Positions 36,272 to 49,926 of a stretch of DNA of 64,000 nt are shown here, in pieces. Origin of the DNA: Paraspadella gotoi. Taxonomy: Eukaryota > Animalia > Chaetognatha. The translations under genes and the position numbers were made by a program. The notes below the pieces were generated by a model, which worked only from the letters and a program-made list of their open reading frames with translations, had not been told where the DNA came from and did not search any database. Position 1 is the first letter of the stretch. Every line of letters starts with the position of its first letter. The stretch lies in contig CM119266.1 in the NCBI GenBank assembly GCA_051294375.1, forward strand, positions 935,554-999,553, written 5' to 3'.

Positions 36272-37586
36272 TGCGCGTGAACTACGCCCGAACTTTATGG
36301 CGCGGTTAGAGTAAATATCAAAAAAGGCCGAATGACGATGGATTTTGTCACATTTTCTCGTCCATTTATTATGTTTATGTTTAGTTTGTTAACGTATGTT
36401 TACATTTTTGTTTAGTTTACTTGTCTCTCTCTATATCGTTAGTTGATTTCGGTGCTACAATATCTATAACCGTTTAAAAAAAACGGTTTTTTTTCTGCAA
36501 CGAGGATCAATTTCTGAAGTTTTGTCCGTCAGTATATCAGTTAAGTAGTTTCGTCCGTCCGTAGATCATAATCATCATCATCAGTGGAGCCATCATCGTC
36601 CGATTCGTCGTCGTCGTCGTCGTCGTCGTCATCTTCGTCGTCATCCAGGGAAATCGAACGATTTTTAGTAATAATCACGTAATTCGATTAAGGGACAAAA
36701 GAACAGAGGCGAGAATTGCGCAGAATTTAATCCAAACAGTCTCTGCGAAAAAAAATGTTAAACCGGTTCCTGTCATTTTCTCTGTCGGTTGATTTCAAAT
36801 TCAGAATTTCAGGTAAAAATCTTTTGGGCACAGTTATATATCCATCCCGATACGACAATTAAACAAACGTGTTTTTCGGGGACGTCAAGAAGCGGCGTTT
36901 TAACCGATTAATGATTAACGATGAAAAATAATTTTAACTGATCGATTAAGACGTAATGTACAGTCTCATAGAAAAAAATATGAAATTTTGTCTATTGTTC
37001 ATTGAGCTGGAATAATGTAATAAAGCTAATGGTAATATTTTTAAATAGAAAAATAAAAGATCAATTTTAATTTACGATTCCATCAAAAATTAATATCCTG
37101 CTTAATCACATACTTTCCTACCCCCACACAAAATTTCATTTCATCTATCATTTTATCTAATATTTATCATTTATCATCTATCTATCATTTTATATATCCA
37201 ATTATTAAATATAATAATTATGAGTAAATCATAATCGGACATCATTTTTTTTGCATACTTTAACATAATTCAAGGTTTTGATATGATAAAAATGATTTAC
37301 CGACAAGATTTTGGGGTGGGACCGACGGACCGACAAAGTGAATTATAGAGTCGGTATCTGCGATAAGCAGATCCGACTAAAGAAGGAAACAAAAATCAGG
37401 GAATTTTCTGTTCACTTTTATTTCTTTTGTTTCAAACTTTTTTTTGTGGAGACCGGTGGGAATCCCAACTCTCGGTGGGAACTAATTTTGAATTCGAAAT
37501 GCCTCAAGAACTAAAATATTTTGTCTACTTTTGCTTAGATATCTTTCATCGAGATAAATACTATGATTTAAATTCATTAGTAATCT

Positions 37587-37717
37587 TAATTAAAGATTAC
37601 ACATGGGAGTACAGGTACAGTATTTTTTATTTATGACCAATATTTCGATCCATTAGATGGATCATCATCTGGGCAAAACAATTTTGTACCTGCACTCCAA
37701 TGCGCCATCTTTAATTA
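37587..37717 (-). mobile_element. Penelope-like terminal remnant with inverted arms and a degenerate minimal hammerhead
   Basis: Imperfect 33-bp inverted arms 37587-37619 / 37685-37717. Minus strand reads CAGATGA-T-GATCCAT-cta-ATGGATC-GAAATATT, followed by AATAAA. Confidence 0.55.
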
Positions 37718-38799
37718 ATTCTTAATATCGGTACATGGGATTGACTCTCAAAGAATTAGTAATTTTGTTCTCAACTATTCAAATGTGGTTCTGGTTAAAA
37801 CATGTCATTCTTCTTTAACCAAACTGATCGACAGATTTACCTTTGGTTATTATGCGTTATATTGTTTATTCTTTTATTTAAAAAAATGCTTTCGGCAAAG
37901 TATTACCACTTTGCATTTGTTTGCTTGATTACTGATAAATACGAAATTTACTTCTCAACCTCAAAATCATTATCTTACCATAAGACTTTACTCCTTAAAG
38001 TAAGGTTCTCTCTACGTCTCAACAATTTTACAGTCATTAATCACTAATTAAAATCTCCTTCAAAATTCAAATCGAAATTAAATTCGTCAAATTTGCATCT
38101 TTAAACGAGTTGAGTCATTAAGCTCTCTCTCTCTCTCCAACTCTGTCTCTCTTTCTCTCCGTCTCCGTCTCTATGATAATTTTAGAAGCCCACTCCTGTG
38201 CGACGTTTCCCAACGCCTTTTCTCAAAACTCTTTCTTACTCACCCTTTCGTCGTCACCCTGCCGGGTCGGTTTCCTCGCCTTGCGCCTCATTCCAACTTT
38301 TTCTCTCAATCTAAAATCCCCGCCCACTTTTTAGAACTGCCGATCGAATAATCAATGAAGAAGTTAATTCAAACTATCAATGTGGTCACGCTGTTTTAAC
38401 AGGTAGAATTTCTATAAATATAATATAAGTATAATGACTTTTTAAGACGCCGAATTTAGTGAACGGAAAAACTTTATGACAGGATGGCGTTTGTTTTCTC
38501 GTGAAAAAAAAAATGATAATACAGACATCACATCGTGAAGAAAATTGGGGAAACCTATCGCCTCAACTCTACTAGATTTAAAGTTGGCTCTTTTCTGCCG
38601 GCGAGATTAGAGGAGGCGGCGTTGGCGGCGTTGTCGGCGGCGGCGTTATCGGCGGCGGCGAGAGAATAGTGTCCGTACTTGGACTCGGTTCTATTTTCCC
38701 TTCTCCTCCATTAAAACAACTCCTTATCTCTTGGGCGCCACTTTTGTTGAAGAGATAAGACGAGGGAAAACCACTAGTTTCCGGTGTTTAATATGAGTG

Positions 38800-38864
<65 letters not shown>

Positions 38865-39333
38865 AGAGAGGAAAGAGAGAGAGAGATATATATATATATA
38901 TATAATATTATATATATATATATAAGTAAAGAGTAAGTTCTGTATGGAAGGCCGTTAAGGTCAGTAAATAGGAGACATTTTGTCAGCCTTTTTCTCTCCT
39001 TCTGTCTTTCTATCTTTTTCTGTCTTTCTGGCTTCTTAGACCAAATCCTTCTTTTTTTATTTTTCGTTTCCTACTTTCCTTTTTCTTCCCAACCAACGCC
39101 TGACAAATTCAGTGGCAACGAGCACATCATTCTAATCTATTACTACCCCCTAGTTCTCTCTCTCTTTCTCTCTCTCTCTTTCTCTCTATTTTCTCGGAAA
39201 AACGACATAAAATTTTCCTCGCGCCACCTGCCATGCGAAGAATTCACGGGCGTTAAAATAATAATTATAGTAATAAAGAATAATAAGCGTAGTAATTTTG
39301 AAGAACCGGTTAAAAAAAAAAAGCTTTTAGAGA

Positions 39334-39371
<38 letters not shown>

Positions 39372-40392
39372 CAGACGTCGTTAATTTTGATAAAACGTCA
39401 ACGAGTTTTTATTTGTTTTAACAAATTTTATTAATAATTTATTGGTTATATGATGAAAATTGCGATTAATACAAACAATTCGTCGACTTTGATGCGGAGA
39501 AAGTTAAATGTATAAAATTGAGCCTAATCGTGTAACCACGAACTCCGAATAACCATTTGACTATGACAGAATTTAAGTATTTCTTTTTATTTATTTAATC
39601 GACGCGGACCGGTTAAGATAATGTAAAAATGTCAAGAAAAACTAATAACGACGACAACGACGTCGAAGAGTAAAAAGACGAAGATGATGAAATCGAAAGC
39701 GACGATAATAAAAATACAGAAACTCAAGATCAAGACAATAATTACAAAGACGACGACGACGATGACGACGACGACGACGATATTTCGCAGTTCGTACGTC
39801 GACGAACGAAAAGTATAATTATTACCAGAACAATAACAATAACAACAACGATTCGCGAGAACGGTTATTGCTCGTTTTATTTGGTTAATCACGTTTATTG
39901 NNNNNNNNNNAGAGAGAAAAGATGAAAGTTTATGGAGGGAATGAAATTAAAGCGTGAGAGAGTGAATGGAGTGAGACTGTGAGGACATCCTGTGAGACTT
40001 TTCACAGCTGAGGGTGGAAGAAATAGAAAATAATACCATTTCTTTAGTGTTGTGATTTATCTAGAAATAAGACAATGTCTCATTGAGAAAGGTTGTGAGA
40101 ACTTGAGCCGTGAAAGCCACTTTCGACCGGTTATACTTATACTTAAGCGACAACTGGTTTTGAGTTAACCGAAAGATAGAAAAACAAATGACAGAACACT
40201 AGAATCGAAAGTAAAAAGACAGATGATAGTAGAAAATAGAAGCTGATTAAAAATAGAAGAAAAAAGTCGGAAGACAGAAAAAGGAAAACAAAAAATATAA
40301 GAAAAAAAACTCTGCATCCGGAAAGACTGAAGACAAAAAACTCCTCGTTACATTAGAAAAATAAAAGGCGCCTTCCGCCGGAGAAGAAAAAT

Positions 40393-40455
<63 letters not shown>

Positions 40456-41052
40456 CTCTTTTTTTTCCCCGAAGAAAGATTAATTTTTCCTCGGAATTCT
40501 TCGAGAGATTCCAACTCTTTTTGTTCCCCTCCTCCGCTTCCTCTTCCTCCTCCTCCTCCTCCTCCTTCTCCACCTTCTTCTGGTTTCTTCCTCATCTTCG
40601 ATGCTTTTGTGGATGAGGCGCAAAGTGGGCTGACGACTTCTGTCCGTATCTTCTGTGACTCCTCGACGACAATGTAACGGGTCTTGACTCTTGGGCTTGG
40701 AAAAAGGAAAAAGGGATTTCCACGCCCATAGGCGGTATATGGCGGTCCTCACACTTTCCGAAAAATCCGTATAAACATTTGTGAATTTAATTCAATTTAA
40801 TTCTTAATAGTTTGTACTCTTAAACTTTTCTATTCTTTTTTTTTCTCTCTTTATTTTTTTTCTTCTTTTTCTATTTTTCTCTTTTTCTATCTTTATTTCT
40901 TTTCTTCTTTTTCTATTTTTCTCCTTTTCTCTCTTTATTTCTTTTCTTCTTTTTCTATTTTTCTCTTCCTCCTTTTCCTTCCTCCTCTCTTCCTCTAATT
41001 TCCTTCTCCTCTTCATCTTTGTTTTCCTCCTCTCCTCCTTTTCTTTCCCTCT

Positions 41053-41096
<44 letters not shown>

Positions 41097-42625
41097 ATCA
41101 TGAATTCAAATTTCGCGCTTTAGTTATTTTTCTTCTCCTTTTTTCTCTTTCCTATTTTTCTCCTGCTTTAATAACCTCATAGTCATAGTCTACTACATTT
41201 GCTTTTACTTTTGCTACTATTTCGTCGTATAACTGTAGACTTATTCCTTTAGTTCTTTGCTTCTCATATCGTCTCCTTCGTCGATATCATCGTCGTCGTT
41301 ATCGTCATCGTCGTAGTCATTTTCTTCTAGTTAATGTCTCTTTTATAATAAGATATATCTTTTCTGATCATCATCTTCCTCCTCTTTCTCATTTTTCTCC
41401 CAAATCGTCTTTTTTTTGTCGAAGTCGTCATTTTTCCTTTATTTTCCATTGGTGTCTTCATCATCGTCGCCATCGTCTTCGCCATCGTCGCCATCGTCGT
41501 CGTCGTCGTCATCGTCTTCGCCATCGTCTTCGCCATCGTCCTCAAAGCTAAGTATTCATTGACGTTTTCGTTCTCATCGTCGTCATCGTCGTCGCCATCG
41601 TCGTCATCGTCGTCGCCATCGTCGTCGCCTTCGTCCTCAAAGCTAAGTATTCATTGACGTTTTCGTTCTCATCGTCGTCATCTTATTCGTGGTCCTGTTT
41701 ATTATCGTCGTCGTTGCATGGTCGTTGTTGTCGTTGTTGTCGTTGTCATGTTCATCTTTCTCGGTTGTTGTCGTTCCAGGTCATCGTCGTTTTCATCGTC
41801 CTATCGTGGTCATCAATAGACGTCGTCGTACTCATCTTCGTTCTCATCGTCGTCGTCGTTCGATCTTCGTTTTGCGTGGATTCGCGTCTCGTGCGACGCG
41901 AATTTTAGGCGAAACTAGGATTTTTTTCTCTTTTTTGAGTTATTGCGTATTTTTTTATCATTTCTAAAGTATTTTTCAGGGCATATTGCGCCGGCCAATT
42001 GAAAATATACCGATAAACTCTTTCATCGCTTTTGAGACACTACATAATTATTATTATGTAAATTAAACAGTTTTACGTCTACGAAGATAACTATTGATTT
42101 CGATTTTCTTCAATGATCAATAATTTCAGGAACTATCTTCTATCTGACATCATTTCATTTTCTCATTCTTGTTTTTTCCCACAACCATTTTTAATCGATT
42201 AAACTCATCGGTAAATTTAAAGGCTTTTTTGAATTGAGAGACAAAGTCAAACCTCACATTTCCTTAATCGTTTTCGCTCCGAAATAATCATCTACTTTGA
42301 CTGAAAAACTTTTTCGACGCAGAAAATGTTTTCGCGCTCAAACGAAAAATCTCCTTTCGTTTCTTCTCTTCTTTCCTTTTTAATTTTTTTTTAGGTTTTT
42401 TTGTTCTTTCTATTATTTATTTTTACTCCTCACTCGAGAATTTTTACTCCTTAACTCACTTTTTAATTTCAACTTCATTATTTGCTTTCTAGTTTACTTT
42501 CGTTTAGTATTTCATTTTCACATCTTCACTACATTTTTCAAAACCATTTATCTCTTTAGTTTTTTTATTACTTAAATTTTTAATTAATTTTTCGTGACTT
42601 TATATATTTGTATTTGTATTTGTAA

Positions 42626-42769
42626 ATACTATTTTTTGGTTTGAAATATAAAATTGAAAAGGATATGAAAAAAACTAAAAGGACAACTTAGGTTAATCTG
42701 AATCGAAGTTGTCCTTTCAGTTGTTTTTATTTCCTTTTCATTTTTATATTTCAAACCAAAAAATAGTAT
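42626..42769. repeat. Long hairpin with ~63-bp inverted arms (MITE-like)
   Basis: atactattttttggtttgaaatataaaa...aaaggacaactt, a ~16-nt spacer, then aagttgtcctt...ttttatatttcaaaccaaaaaatagtat. Confidence 0.8.
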
Positions 42770-42848
42770 GTTATATTTTTTCTTTCTTTAGCTCAAAACG
42801 AAATCAATTAACGAAATATCGCGACGAGAAAAAAAACAATGAGGAAGG

Positions 42849-42967
<119 letters not shown>

Positions 42968-43878
42968 AGAACTTAATTACCAATTTGTTGGAACGAACCG
43001 CATCGCTTCTCCCGGAAGTGACGGAGGAAAAAGCGACGGGAAAAAAGGGTCGGCTTTGCGGCGCCAGCAGCTGCGGTGCTGGAATCTGCGGCGCCAGCAG
43101 CTGCAGCGCTGGAATCTGCGGCGCCGAAGATAGCGACTAGGCGCGTAAGAATTGCTTGGCACTTTTAATCAGCGATTTGAGCGAAGACGAAGACGACGTG
43201 AGAAAACGACGACGACGACGACGACGACGATTAAGAGAAATCGGTCTCTTTTTTTTGTCGGCCATTATTGTCGGCGTCTTTATCATCATCATCTTTCTTA
43301 GTCGTCGTCATCATCATCCTTTTTCGTCCTCTCATCCTCATCTCTTTTTCTTTTCCTCCATCTTCTCAACTTCTTTCACTTTCTCCTCCTGCTCTTCATC
43401 TTCCTCTTCCTCCTCCTCCTCTTCTTCCTCTTCCTCCTTCTCCTCCTCTCCCTCCTCCGATTCGATTAAGCGTTAATGAATCAAAAGGAAAAAAAAATTC
43501 TCATCGAACCGAAGACTCGACTTCGTCACTGGGAAGCGAGACGTCAGCGCCTCTTCCGGCGGAGACGTCGGACAACACCGCCCGTCGCCATGGCAACTGT
43601 CCCCGATGAAGAAGCCTAGACACCACTTCACTTCCCTCCTCATACTCAAGTCACGCTCGATTCACGCGACTCACAATTTTCTTCACGAGTTCGCGTCACG
43701 GACTCGGGACTCACGTTTTCCTTTCGCGAATCATAAACTTTAAATTTCATTTTCGAATTTAAATAAATTTTCTTGAATTTTTTTTATTATTATTTCTGTG
43801 AATTTTATTACAAAGTAAAGCAAAATTTTAGTAACCATATATTATATATCGAAGTAAAGTATATCTCTCTCTCTCTCT

Positions 43879-43951
<73 letters not shown>

Positions 43952-44718
43952 ACTCTCTCTCTCTCTCTCTCTCTATCTCTTCTTCCCCCAAATATTTCTT
44001 CATTTCTGTCAGGCCTTTTTTAGTTTCTCCTTTTTTCGTCTGGCGTCCGTTTCTTCCCCTCCCACGGGATCTCTCGGTTGTCGCTCGTGGTGTCTTCGTC
44101 GTCGTCGTTGTTGTTGTTGTTGTTGTTTTTGTTATGACTTTGTTGTTGCCGTAACTTCGTTTGTGGCGGCAATAGTTTTTATTTCCTCTCATTATTGTGA
44201 ACGCGTTTCTTTTTATTTTTTCGTTGTTGTTGTTGTCGTTGTTGTTGACGGCACAAACGCAGGTTCCAATCTCCGGTCTTCTCTCCTAAGAATGAAAGAC
44301 AAGAGAAGAGAGAGAAGCAAGAGAAGAGGAGGATGAGAGAGAGAAGTAACCCATTAATCGATACGACAGACAATTCTATGCACGAGCAAGACGAGCAGGA
44401 CCTCAATGCATAAACATTCTCACATCGGTTTTCGCCCTGAATTGGAATTGCTATCGGAATCAGAAATCTAATGAGACTCAAGACGTCGGTCGTCGTTATC
44501 GTCGTCGTCGTCGTTATCGTCGTCGTCGTCGTTATCGTCGTCGTCGTCGTTATCGTCGTCGTCGTTATCGTCGTCGTCGATTTATATTCTCCTCAATCTT
44601 TATTCTTCGTCTTCGTCATTTTTACTCATTCGACCTTTGTCATCAGTTGCTCTTACTCATCAGCGCTCTATTTTCGTTTCTAACATCCTTGTCATCTGTA
44701 TATCAACATCAACATCAA

Positions 44719-44782
<64 letters not shown>

Positions 44783-45553
44783 GCTCGCAACTCCATAAAA
44801 CTTTTCACGTAGAGAATCATAGATGTGGATTGAATTTCTGACGATTTGTTATGAAAATATTGTTAGGAAATATTGTTATGAAAATATTGTTGAAGAGAAA
44901 AAGAAAATAGAAGAAAATTAGTTTTTATTTAGAATTTTTCATCGCGAGATTTTTCCCGGGATATATTTTGGAGGGATATATTTAATACAAGTATACTATA
45001 AAACATTTTTTCGAATAATTCATTACTTTTTATAGATATTTTTCGTTGCAATTTCCTATTCTCTCTCCCATGATTGACCCAGATTTATCAATTGATCATT
45101 GATTTTCAGGTCAAGGATTCGATATTTTTTGGGGTTCGATGTTTCCTCTTACTTTTTGTCTCTTTTTAGTCGGCGTTAGATTTGACTCGCGAAAAATCTC
45201 TCCGGTGCAAACATTTTAGATCGCGGAAAACCTTTCTAATCATGCATTGGATCGATCACTTTTATTTCTAGAAGAAATAAGTCCTGGTGTTGTTCAAATC
45301 CAATATATATCTCATGGTATATATACCATGGTTCGATGGCACCATGTCTAAATCGAAATTATCGAGTTGTGTTATGTTGACTGAGTTATTAGATTTAAGT
45401 GATTTAAGATTTAAGTGGGAAAGACTGACGGGTAGTCAAAAATACAGACAGATAGACTTAAGGAGAGACCGACCGACCGACAAGTAAGTTATAAAGTTGC
45501 TTCTTATAAAGAAAGAATTCTTAGAAGATCTGTCCCCAAGACGAGGACAACAA

Positions 45554-45594
<41 letters not shown>

Positions 45595-45698
45595 CTATGG
45601 AAGCATCACAGAAAAGTTTAGTTTAGTTTTTTTGGGTTTTTTTTAAGTTTGCATCAAGATTCAAAGCTTTTTACATTCTGCTCGAAGACCGAAATCAA

Positions 45699-48328
45699 AT
45701 GGACGTAAGAGCAAAACTTTGGTATTATGTAGCGACTGGAAGAAAAGTAATAACTAAAAACGTGAGTAAACAATTGTTTATATTTTCATTTATCTTTTTT
45801 GTTTCATTAATTTCTTTTGATAGGAAATATAATATTTTTGTTTTTATTACAACAACGGATGATGATATTATCTTTATTTTTTCTTTCTAGATTTTAAAGG
45901 ACCACACTAAAGCTCAAAGAGGTGGCGTATTGATTGAAAAGGTAAGCATCTAGAGTCTAATTTAAATACATGAATTTGGCGATATCAAAGTAAATTTGTA
46001 AAATGACCTGTTGAAATTAGATCAGATTACTTAAATATCATTAACCTTTTAACCATTACCCAGGACGTCCTGATCCGAGACGGCCGAAGAGTTAATCATT
46101 CTCTGGACACGCACTCCTTCCAACTCGACGTCAGCCCGACGCGGCTCGCAAAAGCCGACTTCTACGGCGACGAAGCTAAGATAGCGACGAAGTACTACGC
46201 CGAGATCGCGGAATGTGCCGAGAGGATTTCCGGCGCCGAGAGAGTCGTCTGCTTGGGTCATCAAGTGAGAAACGCCGGGATGGTGAAGACGCGCGGCGAT
46301 TTCGTCGAAGGTGAGTGCGGCGAAATACGGCGAAGAGCGGCGAAGTTGAGTACGACGAAAATGAAGATAACGAAGACCGTTATAACGAGAAAAAGTTCAT
46401 TGTAGAGAATTGGGACAATCGAGATTGTAATGAAGATAAATGTGTAGTATGTGAGCGTATCGCAATGCCGCCCAAAATCGGGGGCGGCCGTCACGATAAA
46501 TGATTAAGTGAGCGATGCTTCCTTGAGGCCTAATTCTCACGCTAAACTCCGTGGAAATAGCGCCGAGGAAACGAGGCCGCCGGTGCTGAGGCTAAATGAC
46601 GACGGCAACGTCTCTTAGCAGATCCGAGGTCCAGACGATGGATATTTGCCCAGACGACGTGGTCACGTGGTGAGGTAAATTAAAAAAATTAGAAGTCTGG
46701 GCAAAATAAAAATATAACTAATAACCATTGTATGAAAACTCAGCATTAAAATAAAAGAACTTTGATGATATTCTCACCTTGTATCTGAAGCCAGCTCTTA
46801 CTCAAAAACCGACAATTATCAACAAATTATGAAAATAAGTGATTTTCCAAACTACAAAAAAATGTGCATAAAAAGGTCAATCTTATTGACGCAATATCAA
46901 CTGTGAAAGTTCAAAGGCCACGTTGATCCCACTTTGATTATTTGGGATTTACAATGAACCCACAGTTCCCACACCGATATCACTCACTTACCAACAAAAC
47001 TAGGGAAGTGAGCGGTCATTGAGACAGATCACTACTGACAAAAGAGCATCGCTAATTATATAAAGAAATCATTAGATTCCGGTAAAACATTAGTCATATT
47101 TTCGTAACAGTGAGTAAAAAAGAGCAGTAAGTACAATAAAGAGATATTTTAATGAGAATAAGCACTGATTGCAATGAATTGTCTACAAAGAAAAGTAAGA
47201 TTAGTTTGATAAACTTTGAACAAGCAATCTCTACGTTGATGAAGACTTTATCAAATAAACATTCCAAAATAAATAATTTTGATTAGAAAAATTAATTAAA
47301 TTTACTAAAGAAGAGTTCCTCAACGAGCAAGAACTTCCCAAGCTTTCATCAACCCCCACCCTCTGAAGGTTACGCCCGCGGCGTCCACACCGACGCCGAT
47401 CCGGAATCCGCCGTCGTCTACTTCGACGCCGCCCTCTCTCGGTTGCGAAAGGCGAAAGGAGGAGGAGGAGGAGAAGGAGGATCGGAAGACCTCGACTTTT
47501 CCCGCGGAAGATTCGTCTTTCTCAACGTCTGGAGGAATTTCGCGGACGAACCGATCGAGGATCGTCACTTGGCCGTCTTGGACCACAAGTCCGTGACGCA
47601 GGGAATCGGGTCAGAGGTCAGATGGTTGATTAAAAGTATTAGTAGAAACGCTTAACTGGGTCCTATTTTAATGGGTAGATGTTAAACCTTTTTTATAATT
47701 AACGCTGTAAGATAAGACTGTAAGTAAGATAGGACGGTCTCGCTTTGCCAACGCACAGGGAAGTCGTTAGGACTGTGGATGGAACACAACGCCTGGGATG
47801 GTGCGTTCCCCCTCTGAGCCAATGGGATTGGCTGAACGATGATGGACGTGAGGCGGTATGAATATACCGCCACAACATTTTATTTAGCAGGACTACATAG
47901 AAGGAGTTTACTACGGACCCGAATCCAAACTGGACGGAGAATTCGTCGTCAAAAGTTTTCGCCTCAACTCAAAGAACAGCGACCGTCATTCTTGGTTTTA
48001 CTTTCCTCGCATGACTAAAGACGAGGTGCTCCTCTTCAAACACTGGGACTCGGACCCGCAGCGGCTCGCCCGGATGTGCTTCCACGCTTCCTTCGAAGAT
48101 CCCAACGCCGCCGTCGACGCCGCCGCCCGAGAATCCATCGAAGTTCGCGCCGTCGCTTTCTTTCCGCGTCACGAACCTGACACGTGTCCGAGTCTTTGGC
48201 GGAGATGGGTCGCGAGGTCAAAAGTCAAAGGGAGAGGAGTGAGAGAGAGATTAGGGGAACGATTCAAAGTTGACGTAGACGTATACGAACAACTTGAAGA
48301 AGATGGCCTTCACCGTGTCGAAGTATAG
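45699..48328 (+). CDS. CmcJ/NvfI/AsaB-like Fe(II)/2-oxoglutarate-dependent oxygenase, 5 exons, about 348 aa, intact
   Basis: Exons 45699-45761, 45891-45941, 46064-46310, 47369-47616 and 47891-48328 splice in frame with GT-AG. Family motifs: IRDGR...SLDTHSFQL...DFY...YYAEI...SGAERVVCLGHQVR; VHTD (HxD); FLNVWRN...PIEDRHLAVLD; HSWFYFPRMTKDEVLLFKHWDSD; CFHASFEDP; RESIEVR. Confidence 0.88.
47730..47874 (-). mobile_element. Truncated LTR (5' half), same family as 17840-18094, in the last intron of the oxygenase gene
   Basis: Matches 17950-18094 and ends gccaca followed by ACAT. Confidence 0.85.
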
Positions 48329-48416
48329 CCGAAGTCAACTGGCGCGGGATGCTTTCAATGGGCTCGTCAACCATCGTCTCTCAAATCGATTAAGGAAAAG
48401 ATGCTTAAAGATGCCG

Positions 48417-48485
<69 letters not shown>

Positions 48486-49450
48486 GGATTTGTTGGCGCT
48501 TTGTACCTGGGACATTCGTTTAAAAATATTCAAACATAAACTAATTCAATGCCCTGTATTTACTGTTTATATGAAAGTCGAATATAAATTTATTTAAATT
48601 TAATGTTTAAGCTAAATTTTACAATTTATTATTTTAAGCTTTAGAGTAGTGTTAACGCAATGTACGTATTTAGCTCCTCATTGACAATTGTTTCGAAGTT
48701 GTACTTTGGAAAAACAATTTTTTTTAACTGCAAGCAGTGACTTGTGGTAGAGAACTGGCGGGACTCTCCCCAATTTAAAAATTATCTATTCATTCAATAA
48801 AAAAGCTGCGTAACTTGACGCTTATGTGATTAGTTTCTGCTTGTTTTTTTCTCTCTTTTTAATTTCTATTTTTTTAGTTGCGCCGCGAGTACTCGCGGAG
48901 CAACTCTATAAGTCACTTTACGGTCGGTCGGTCGGTCCGTCAGTATGTCTGTCTGTCGGTCTGTCTCACTTACATTAAAAACGCTTATAACTTGCCTATA
49001 GTTTGTTGCTCATTTATTAAAAATCAAATCTAAGCGACTACTGGCGCCGCCTTTTGTTTTTAAAGAAATCTTATAAACTATAGGGAGTAAATGACATGAT
49101 AAGTAAAAAGAAAAGTAATGCGGTGCAACACCTTGGAATAACCGTTCCTTGTTTAGACAACATGAGCTTTTTTCCTCTGCTTTGTTCACTACAGTCGGTG
49201 TCCGTAACCCTGTACGCGCTCCTGTCTGCAAGTTTTTGAGACCGTCTGTAACCATAAAATCATCTATGTGAAACTTCTTAATCTTATAATTCGCAAAAGA
49301 ATATTCAATTCTTTCACATTCGACGCGAAGGGTGAACGAACTCTTGTTCACCAACTTCGTTCACGAGAACGAAGAGAAATTGTGTCAGGGTCGAGAGAAG
49401 GTGAAGCTGAGCGAATCATGAGAGACCTGGATCGTTATTGTCGTTGTTCT

Positions 49451-49501
<51 letters not shown>

Positions 49502-49882
49502 GTTATTCCAGCAACTACATCAAAGCCTCAATCACCATTCAAACCTCACCCTCGTCAGTCATCATCAATCACCTATTTTCGCTCTCCAATCACCAACAGT
49601 CATCCCTCACTATATACACTGTATTCCCTACTGTTGTGAAGCAGGTTTTGATCCGGGAACCTTAAGAACCAACCTCGCGCTATTTTCCTCAGCCCCGAGT
49701 TAACGAGCACCGTTTGGCGAAGTGGGGCAGACGGTACTTGGCGCTGGGAGGGCGCTAAAGTCTATACGCCTTGCTTAGTCTTTCTCTCCCATCCTTCATT
49801 TCTATCTTTCTCTTTTTCTTGTTTTCTTTCTCCTTCCTACCTTTCTATCTTTCTTTCTCCCTCTAGGCCTCTCTCCTTTACT

Positions 49883-49926
<44 letters not shown>

